A stretch of DNA of 8,004 bases, taken from assembly GCA_016748015.1 (NCBI GenBank), contig JAAOMT010000090.1:1-8004 (forward strand), in the 5' to 3' direction. Shown in pieces: positions 1-7,946 of this stretch (the stretch's first letter is position 1; the number at the start of each line of letters is the position of its first letter). The translations under genes were made by a program, and so were the position numbers. The DNA comes from Geosiphon pyriformis uo1 (taxonomy: Eukaryota; Fungi; Glomeromycota). The notes below the pieces were generated by a model that did not search any database, had not been told where the DNA came from, and saw nothing but the letters and a program-made list of their open reading frames with translations.

Positions 1-28
1 CCCCCCCCCCCCCCCCCCCCCACCCCCC
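1..28. repeat. 5' terminal poly-C tract (C21-A-C6), probably truncated at the window/contig edge
   Basis: Directly visible: 21 C, A at 22, 6 C at 23-28, then TTTTGGGT. Confidence 0.97.
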
Positions 29-29
29 T

Positions 30-2081
30 TTTGGGTTTTATGGTTTATTGGGGGTAATATTGTCCACGTTGGGTATTTGGGTTATGATGGTGGGTTCAAT
101 GGGTACCATTATCCAAAGTACGCTAACCTTATGATCTTAAAGTTATAGGGTAAATATACACACCCAGAGTCAACAGCCATGGATCTCTATTCAGTAACAG
201 GGTTGGCCCTCCTAGGAGTAAATAGGTACTCAAGTTAGTTGCAGTTTTACAGTCTCTAGTATTTGCACTGCTTAGGTCCTCAGGCCGTTCCTCAGGGATC
301 CCCAATAGTAGGGAAGTGATTGGGTAAAATAGGCCCCAATCAAAATGGTCCTTGTAGTAAGTCCTCAGGGAAGGCAGTACCATAAGGGTCCATAGGCAAT
401 AAAGTATATAGGTCCTCAATAGTAAGAGTAAAGTTAGGTTACAGGGAGATCAAAATGGCAAGTCAATGCAATAGTGGGTTAATCGTCCAGTATCAATGGC
501 GTAGGGGAGGTAAGTAAGTAGGGATTACATAGGTCTCGCAAGTCGAGCTTATGGGTAGGTAGTCTGACCAATAGGGGGTATTATCGATCCCCTAATCAAT
601 CACAAGTAGGTATGGATGCTTTAGGTCAATGGGGGATGGGTATCCATGCAGATAACCAAGTACTGCCTTCTCATATGAGCATCTCGAGTAACTCCATTAA
701 TGGCCCCTGCAGGTATTAGCTATAGCAGTACAAGTACAAATGGTCAATACTTGCAGTACAATGGGAGTTCTGCCATAGCCCCCCCAGTACATATAGGTAG
801 GGCCTCCTACCTAATAGTGGGGTTAGAGGTGTCGATAGGACTATTTAAGCTTACCAATAAGTTTGTGGAAGTGGCCCTTATCACACCAATCATGCGTTTA
901 AGCTCGGTTACCCCCCCCCCCGCATTTACCCAGGCCACCGGCCTATGTAGTTTTATGGTACAACTGTGTGGTTTTTGTAGCTCCCGGTGACCCTGTTGGG
1001 TTTGCCCTTTGGTATGGTTTGGTACCTTTATTTAGGGATTGGTAGCTGGTAAGTAGTGAGAGCTCCCATAGTTGGATACGAGGGTGTATACGATTGGTCG
1101 GTAGTTTTATCCAATACAGATTGGGATCCAGAATTTGATATAGTGGTGGGTATCCCTTTATAGACCATAGTTAGAGGAGATCAAATTGGGAGATATCGGT
1201 ATAGGTAGGTACTGGGTCAGATTAATAGGTCTCCTGGAGTGGGATCTCAATTCAATAGTTGGGATTTAGAGTTAGAGTAGGATCCATTATGGTACCAGAG
1301 TAAGAATGGAGCGTAGAGGTAGTTGGTAGACCCGTTGAGAGCCCTGGTCTAAGGAGTTGGTAGTACTAGTAGTTGGTAGTGAGCAACGGTTAGTAGTAGA
1401 AAATGGATATTGTTTGTAAGGAATACCATTTAGACATTAGGGGTAACCATATTGATAGGTAAGGGAGTGGGATACAGATGAGCTCTCTATAGTTGGAGTT
1501 TAGTTGATACATACTGGTACTGGTTGCTATAGAGTCATAGTTTGTAGCCTAGTGGTTGTATCCCCTTGGTGATAGTGGGATAGGTACTGGTTTTTGTTGT
1601 TGTTTGGTTTTTGTTTAATTTGGGAAATCTGGTTTAGGAGGGGATCCATATTTAGACGTATATATTGGGATCGAGATGGTCGCTCAATAGGGTATAGCTT
1701 GGGATCCATAAGGGGATTGGTATAAATTTTGAGTTGTAGTAGGATCATGAGGGCACTAGAAGTAGGGGATAAATGGTAGATTGGTACTGGTATCTATTGG
1801 GGTTTGGGGAGTTGGTGGGACCAGTATAGTATAAGTGGACCAGTAGATCTTGGATAGTGGATACAAATTGGAGATTGGTGTGAAGTAGTTGGATCCCTTT
1901 GTAATTTTTGGATATGGAAGGGATCCATGGGAGACGTGCTACAGAGGATCTTGGTACTTGGAGAGAGTAATTGGGATCCTTATGGATATGGTATACAGAT
2001 GCCTAATTGTGCTTGGGACAGATTTGCAGGGATAGTGGACTTGTATGGAGAGCTCCTTGTAGATTGCGTTGGTGTATCCAT
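30..2081 (-). CDS. Hypothetical long reading frame, valid only if TAA/TAG/TGA are sense codons; unknown protein; boundaries uncertain
   Basis: ORFs 129..419 and 1527..1748 share this frame. 16 of 31 CpGs in 1-2340 sit at codon positions 1-2 (Arg) of it. The translation reads plausibly across stops (…PLYCKY[TGA]PFVLVLL[TAG]LIPAGAING…). It contains about 14 TAA, 5 TAG and 4 TGA. First in-frame ATG is at 2081-2079. No homology recognised. Confidence 0.3.
1906..1928 (+). repeat. Dispersed near-repeat, copy 1 (copy 2 at 3459-3480)
   Basis: ttttggatatggaagggatccat versus ttttggacatgga-gggatccat: one substitution, one indel. Confidence 0.55.
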
Positions 2082-3458
2082 CTGAGCTCCATACAGTTAG
2101 AGTGGATACAGACCTTTTGGGATATCTTTGTGGTTTGGTATAGATAGACGTTTGTGGCTCCAGAGGTAGTCTTGGGTATACAGATTATGAGAGTTTGTAG
2201 TTACTGATGCGAATTTTGGATAGTTTTGGCTATAGGGATATCTGGCCCCTTTGGGCTACTGGACTTTTGCATATTGGTGGACAGGGTTATGTACAGGGGC
2301 TATTGGAGATACAGTGGTGACGTGACCTTATCAGTGTATCGCTATATCTTATAACCTTTGTGGGTATATGTGGCCAACCACCCCACACCCAACCCCCCTG
2401 AGTATACCGCCCGGGTTGGATGGCCCCCTTATAGGGGGTATCTTGGCCTCATTGAGGATCACTGTTCAGAATAGCCATGGATTGGTCCTTTGGGACCCGG
2501 GTACGCATTTTAGTACAACCGGATTACTTGATTTGGTGGGCCCCCCTCACTACCATTGGGACCGTAATACGGTATACAACCATCCGGATACCTGTTTGGT
2601 ATGTGTGGACCGTACAAGTCATGACTACTATTGGTAGAGAATATTGTACTTGAGGTTTGTTATGGTTTGGTGGGGGAGTCCACACCAACACGTACTTGCT
2701 TTGGAGCGACTATGCAACAGGCGTCACCATGAGTTACGCTTGCATACTGAGGCGCTGTCTACATACGGTGATCCATATCTTATACCCCCCCCCGTATGAG
2801 GGGAGGGATCTATCCATACTACCCTGTTTGATTGGTACCGTGCTAGAAGTATTACTCTATAAGGATGGGGGGGTTCCCCCCCACTGCGGCTCTAGGTGTT
2901 TATGGACCATGGGGGGACACTTATATTATATGGCCCCCAATGGATACTGGCGATTTGCTTGGGCCTAGCTGCTTGCCCACCTGAGGGGGGAGGTCCTACA
3001 CTTTGACCGCCATATAGCCAGCGTATCTCACGAATTGATAACCATACAACTACCCTTCAAATATAGGCCTGTATTGTTATTGGGCATACCTTAAGGGTTG
3101 GTCTCCCCAAGTACTTGCGCAAACACTTTTGGGTACATTTTGTAGTACTTTACAGGCCTGAACCTGTATACACCCCCACAATACAAGGACTCTTTACTTT
3201 TCTAAGGTCCCCCCCCCCTATGACCATTTAGTCCCAAAGAGAGAGTACTTTTGGAGTACTTTACAAACCAAGCTTGTCCACAAGAGTCCTGGTATCCTAA
3301 TACATGATAGATTTTAGGAGTTTTAGGCACAGTTCTACAGGACCTGGGACAAATAGACATCTATAGCTAATCCTCATAAGTAGGACTGGTACTCTTGATG
3401 ATAAGGCGCATTCTTGAATATGGATGGTCGGCTGAAATAGCTATCAAAGCTCTTTCCC

Positions 3459-3480
3459 TTTTGGACATGGAGGGATCCAT
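3459..3480 (+). repeat. Dispersed near-repeat, copy 2 (copy 1 at 1906-1928)
   Basis: 21 of 23 aligned positions identical to 1906-1928. Confidence 0.55.
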
Positions 3481-4795
3481 CATTGCTTGGCTTTCTTGCT
3501 TGGCTTGTAAGGATTTGTGGATGTTATGGGAGCCTTTATTATGATTGGTAATAGCCATAGATGTCTAATAAAATTGGGATAAGAGGTAAGACGGTTGACT
3601 AACCATCCCTTGTGGCGTACGTTGAACTTACTATTACTTTACTACCAGACTGGTTTTGAGATCCCCCCACCACCACCCCCCGCTGGGAAGGGGCTCTCAT
3701 GGTACCAAACCCCCTGTGCCCTTATATATGGTATCCCCAGGTACCATTGAGTATTGATCCTGACACCATTATTGGGGTTCCTAATATTTGCCTCATACCC
3801 ATATGGGAGGTTTATATGAGTAGACCCATTTGGGGATATGGGAACTGACAAGGTACCCAAATCATGACCCCTTTTGTAGAGGATGGTACCACTCAAACAA
3901 CTGCAGACGTACAGGTACTTCTCTTTTATTAGACACATTGGTCAGTATGATGGTGTAATTGGTACACAGTACGGCCCTTATATGGATACTGGTAGCCTCA
4001 AACCCTATTATCTCGGGGAGACAACAACTACAAACACTTGTGCCTAATACATGAATGTGCCTTTTGTCATATGGTTAGTACCCCTAGTAGGAAGTACCCT
4101 AGACCCCTTTACCCTGGGATATTGGGGACCAACACCTCTGCCATAAGTCAATAGGTCCCTGAGGTTTGGCACAGATGGATACAACTCGGACTTTTTACTA
4201 CCCTTTTGCCCACCAACCGTACAATGGGACCATCAACCACTACCAACCCTGTTGGCTTGGATCCCGCCTCTACCACCACTTGTTGTTGAGTTGGTGGCTT
4301 GGTTGACAAGTTATTTGGGACTGTTACCCTATTGGGCCCAGGGGACCACCCCACCCACTGTCTTTTTGTACAAAGCGACAGCACAGTATTGAACCCTCTT
4401 TTAATCTTTGGGACCCCATACACTTTACAGTTTTAATGGGTCCACAATGAGTACAAATCCTATGGCTACTATCTAACTACCCTATTAGCCCTTTGTCATA
4501 ATGATATGCCCCCAATACTACCCGCTCATGGTAAATACACTGCCCACCCCAGTTGTATACCATTTACCCTAGTTGGGGCTTAAGGGTTTATTTGGACTTG
4601 GATTTGTTCACATTTGGTACCCTTATGAGGGACCACAACCCAACACCCTTATTATTGTAAGCAGTATACTTTGTATCCTTGGACCCTGATAGCATTGGTC
4701 AGATTGGACCCTTTGGGTACCCTGTCTCTTTATTATTGATTTTTATTTGCCCAAAATCCAACCTGTCCTTATGGGACCAAGAACTACTGACCCCC

Positions 4796-4811
4796 CCCTA
4801 GGTACCTAGGG
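4796..4811. repeat. Perfect 16-bp palindrome CCCTAGGTACCTAGGG
   Basis: Self-reverse-complementary; overlaps the end of the C8 run at 4791-4798. Confidence 0.9.
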
Positions 4812-5189
4812 TCCCATCGCCCAACCCCTTGGTAGTATACACTATAGCCCTTGGCCACACTAGTATGGAGGTATCCTAGTACCATCAGTATTGTCAAATT
4901 TCAACCACCATTCTATCTTGTGGACCATTGGGGATTGTTACACCCCATTTTACCCCTCCATGCCCTGATGTTTCAATACACACTTCTAGACCGCCTGGGG
5001 ACTCCTCTGTAACCCTTTTACCCACCATACCCCCCCCTGGGTGGATCCCCAATTCCCCTTACCCCCCAGTACTATGGGACCCATCTCAACCCTACCCCCC
5101 CCCCTCTACCTGGATACCCAGTACGGATACGCATCTTTGTCTATGGTTGGGGATCTCTCTATTCTTAGTACCCTTTGCCACCCCAACCT

Positions 5190-5234
5190 GGGTACTCATG
5201 GTACCATCGCTGCCCCCATGGATACTCATGATAC
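5190..5234 (+). repeat. 15-bp direct repeat with 30-nt period (gggtactcatggtac / ggatactcatgatac)
   Basis: Copies at 5190-5204 and 5220-5234, 13/15 identical; both differences are G/A and fall at third positions of the frame starting at 5190. Confidence 0.85.
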
Positions 5235-6060
5235 AGGCCATTTTAGACCAACACCCTTTGTATAATCAAAGGATACCGACCAACCATTTGTCCTTGTGGG
5301 TTGTGGTATCGTGAGGTATATGGGATGGTACGGTTGGGACCCCCCCTTTTTGCTGAATTTGTGTGGCCACAAAGCTTTTAGGGACCCCCTACTCCCAAGC
5401 CCGCCCCCCCCCCACACCATATTGGGTCCCAACATGGAACTCCACAATGCTTAACCAATACTTATATGAGACCCGGTATATTTGTGGTACAACTACACCC
5501 TCACTGTCAATACCTATGATTTGTATACGGCCCCATTTTAGTCTCAACCCAGACACACTTGGGATCTGTATTTGGGACCCCAAATCAACCGTTTTATAGG
5601 GTGATGATGGATCCTCTAATTGCTCATGGGACCTGGTACCTCCCACTTTGCCTCAAAACCCCTTAGTTGGATACGCCTATTGCCCATAGTTTGTGGGACA
5701 TTGGGTATTGGGTACTGCTTTTGGGACTATTGTTTTGGCCCCCTTATTTGTTGGTTTTTTGGACACCCATACTCTGATTCTACTGACAGGTACGAGCAAA
5801 ACTGATATCATAGGATGCTAACCTAAGTAGTGTTGGGACCTTCACAAACTTGCCCAACAAACTCTGAGTACTCCTTTATACCATCCCAACCCCCATTTAC
5901 CACATCCCGTACTTGGACCCTTTGCCACCCCCCCCCATGATCCCTGGTCTACCGCACAAGGGGCAAATTGATGGGTTGTTTGGTTTGTTTTTGATCCCAT
6001 CACACAACACTTCTACTTTTGGGACCCCCCCAGTTTCACAAACCCACGTATACCAGGATA

Positions 6061-6310
6061 TGGCTACGAATCCTCCCCCCCCCAGGCACTCCCCCCCGTC
6101 CCCCCCTCCCCACCCGTCAGGGCCCCCCCCCCCGCCGTCTAGGGGGGGAGGCCGACGGGGCGAGCCCCCCCTGCCCGGAGCACTCCCCCCCCCGTCCCCT
6201 AGGGCGAACTCCCCCCCCCCTGCCCGAGGCGGGTGGGGGAGGGGGGGTTGGCAGGGGGAGAGTACGGGGGGCGCCCCACCCCCCCCCAACCACCCACAAT
6301 CTGTGCGACA
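6061..6310. other. GC/CpG-rich island with nested direct and inverted repeats and G4/i-motif potential
   Basis: About 16 CpG in 250 nt versus about 15 in 4381-5880. Inverted repeat 6100-6116 / 6230-6247. Direct repeats 6086-6103 / 6180-6199 and 6158-6177 / 6202-6226. Confidence 0.85.
6231..6258 (+). other. Canonical G-quadruplex motif
   Basis: GGG-t-GGGGG-a-GGGGGGG-ttggca-GGGGG matches four G3+ runs with 1-7 nt loops; folding not demonstrated. Confidence 0.6.
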
Positions 6311-6785
6311 GGCTCCATAAGGTTACTAATCCATTAATACAGGTTGGTTGACTTGGTTTCTTATTGTTACTCTACCCCACCGGACTGGATGGAGAAATAC
6401 CCTTTATATACATTGTGCGACTACTGATTTTAGACCCCCCCCCACCCCCCCTTGGGTGGGTAGGTAGTGTATAAATACTTATTAGAGGATAGGGATAGTG
6501 TTTGGGTAGAGCCAGCTTTGATAGCTAACTTAGCGTAAACCCCCATAAACCTAATAAGGGATACCTAATTCTATCCACAGGTTTGGATCCCCCCAATGGG
6601 ATCGTAGAACCAGAAATCCTACAGGGATGGTATACAACCCGTATCTCAGTTATACCCTTGGATCCCCCCCATTTTCTCCACAATCCACCATTCCCCCCTC
6701 ACCTCAACATAAACATAACCATAAACTCCCCCAATACCTCACTAACTCTCCATAAACCGCGACCCATCTACGTACCTCATACTAA

Positions 6786-6860
6786 TAAGACCAACATCTC
6801 CCTCTCCATATTAAGACCATATATACCATCACTCTAAGACCATATACCTAATCCCTCTCC
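6786..6860 (+). repeat. Degenerate short tandem repeat (TAAGACCA x3)
   Basis: TAAGACCA at 6786, 6812 and 6835; TAAGACCATATA at 6812 and 6835; TCCCTCTCC at 6799 and 6852. Confidence 0.7.
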
Positions 6861-6971
6861 CCTATACAATACCCCCCCCCGAACCAGACCTACCTCTACT
6901 ACACTACAGACCCCCCCCTACACGACAAGACTTTATACCTCAATAACTATCCCTACTACCAATCCTCTATT

Positions 6972-7945
6972 TGTTTGGTTGGGGAAGGACTGGGGATCCC
7001 CTTGGGGTGTTGTGGGGACTGTTGATTGGGGACGGTAGTAGACACATTGTTTAAAGTTAGTTTATCCCCTTTTGGGGGGATCCCATTGGTTTTGGTATAC
7101 CAAATTGTGGGTTTGGCGTGGGTATACCATATGGGTTGGGTTGTGAAGTACTTGTGGATACTTGGGTACTTGGGGATCCTTGTGGATAGTACTGGTTATT
7201 AGGGATAAGGGTACTGGGACTGGGTCTACTGTTGGTATTTGTTTATACCTAGTTGGGGGATACAGGGTTGGGCTATGTTGGTAATGGGTCAAGGGGGGAC
7301 CCCATAAAGGGATACGACCTTGGGGGATGGTCTGATTTGTGAGTACCATCTGAGATCAGGACCGGGTCCCAGATACTTGTGCTTGTAGGTTGGGTATGAT
7401 GGTGGTTTTGTCGGGGGGGTTGGGGTATGAGAGTTCTTTGTGGGATTTGTGTGATTTTTGTGATTGTGGGTATTTGGTGATGGGGACCTTTGGCTAATGG
7501 GTATGTCCTTGTATTTGGGTTATCCTTGGTGGTTTGGTATTGGGTAATGGGTCCCCGGAGTATTGGTCAGTGGTCAGACAAACTAGAGAGTTTCCCGATA
7601 CCCTTGGGGGTTGGAATGGTAAGGTAGCGTACTGTTTGGGTATAGGTAAGGGTGTTAGTAGTTTGTGCACTTTGGAGGGGCCTTGTGGGGACTTGGTTGT
7701 AAGGGGGATTGGTGTCATGGATAGTAAGGTAGGGGACCCCATTTTATCCCTTTTGTAACCTTGGTCTTGTTGGCGCCGGCGTATTTTGGTATCTGGTTAT
7801 GGGATCTTTTGTGGAGGTCATTGGTACTAAGTTGGGGGGTAATATGTTACTTTGTCTCCCCACCCAAGTACATGGAGTACCCCCTTTGTTGTCCCCCTTG
7901 GAGGGTAATTGGTAGTACCAGTTTGGTTATGGTCAGTTGGTTTGT

Positions 7946-7946
<1 letters not shown>
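6972..7946 (-). CDS. Hypothetical Pro/Gln/Thr/Lys-rich reading frame, valid only if stops are sense codons; unknown protein; boundaries uncertain
   Basis: ORFs 7062..7349 and 7494..7742 share this frame. Only 6 stop triplets in about 325 codons (7062, 7356, 7494, 7797, 7818, 7827). 7 of 11 CpGs are in Arg position, including CGC-CGG-CGC at 7781-7773. The frame is open into the terminal C-run (poly-Gly). Confidence 0.3.
7091..7104. repeat. Perfect 14-bp palindrome TTTGGTATACCAAA
   Basis: Self-reverse-complementary; its core GGTATACC recurs at 7121-7128. Confidence 0.9.
7202..7224 (+). other. Canonical G-quadruplex motif
   Basis: GGG-ataa-GGG-tact-GGG-act-GGG; folding not demonstrated. Confidence 0.55.

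Larger units (their letters stand above)
2368..6969 (+). other. C-skewed block, possibly one or more plus-strand coding regions under a stop-reassigned code; frame unresolved
   Basis: Five track ORFs (2368, 5041, 5620, 6019, 6583) share one frame, and ATG 2368 sits at the skew switch. Other frames read equally well locally, and CpG phase over the whole block is flat, so no CDS is called. Confidence 0.2.

Noticed and set aside
273-458. Short duplicated 10-mers TAGGTCCTCA (273, 409) and ATCAAAATGG (339, 449)
   Set aside because: Too short and irregularly spaced to distinguish from chance in biased DNA.
700-990. Plus-strand ORF 700..990 and other 60-130 aa standard-code ORFs as stand-alone genes
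   Set aside because: No recognisable domains or ribosome-binding sites; lengths are compatible with biased composition, and several are shadow frames of opposite-strand candidates.
1020-2373. Kinetoplastid-type pan-edited cryptogene in the G-rich block
   Set aside because: Pre-edited cryptogenes are G/A-rich and T-poor; this block is T-rich and far longer.
3447-3660. Faint cytochrome b-like words (KLFPFWTWRD..LLGFL; LLPDWF) and cox3-like GFVDV
   Set aside because: Spacing to the PEWY-like word is about 63 codons versus about 48 in cytochrome b, the heme-ligand His pattern is absent, and several TAR intervene; judged chance.
5780-5810. GTACGAG resembling the LSU rRNA sarcin-ricin loop; rRNA/tRNA fragments generally
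   Set aside because: The match is only 7 nt without the flanking stem or the AGGA continuation. No universal rRNA motifs or tRNA cloverleaf were seen by eye; an Infernal or tRNAscan run would be needed to exclude divergent ones.
5913-6320. Longest ORF (135 aa), Pro-rich with RGG motifs, superficially WASP/WIP-like
   Set aside because: Four overlapping ORFs are open here simply because the island is GC-rich. No WH1, CRIB or WH2 domain is visible, and the internal repeats do not keep this frame.
6786-6860. CRISPR-like repeat/spacer array
   Set aside because: Repeat is only 8-12 nt with 23-26 nt period, three copies, and no cas genes.
510-7652. Scattered GGTAAG splice-donor-like words on the + strand
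   Set aside because: Expected in G/T/A-rich sequence; no matching branch points, acceptors or exon frames could be supported.
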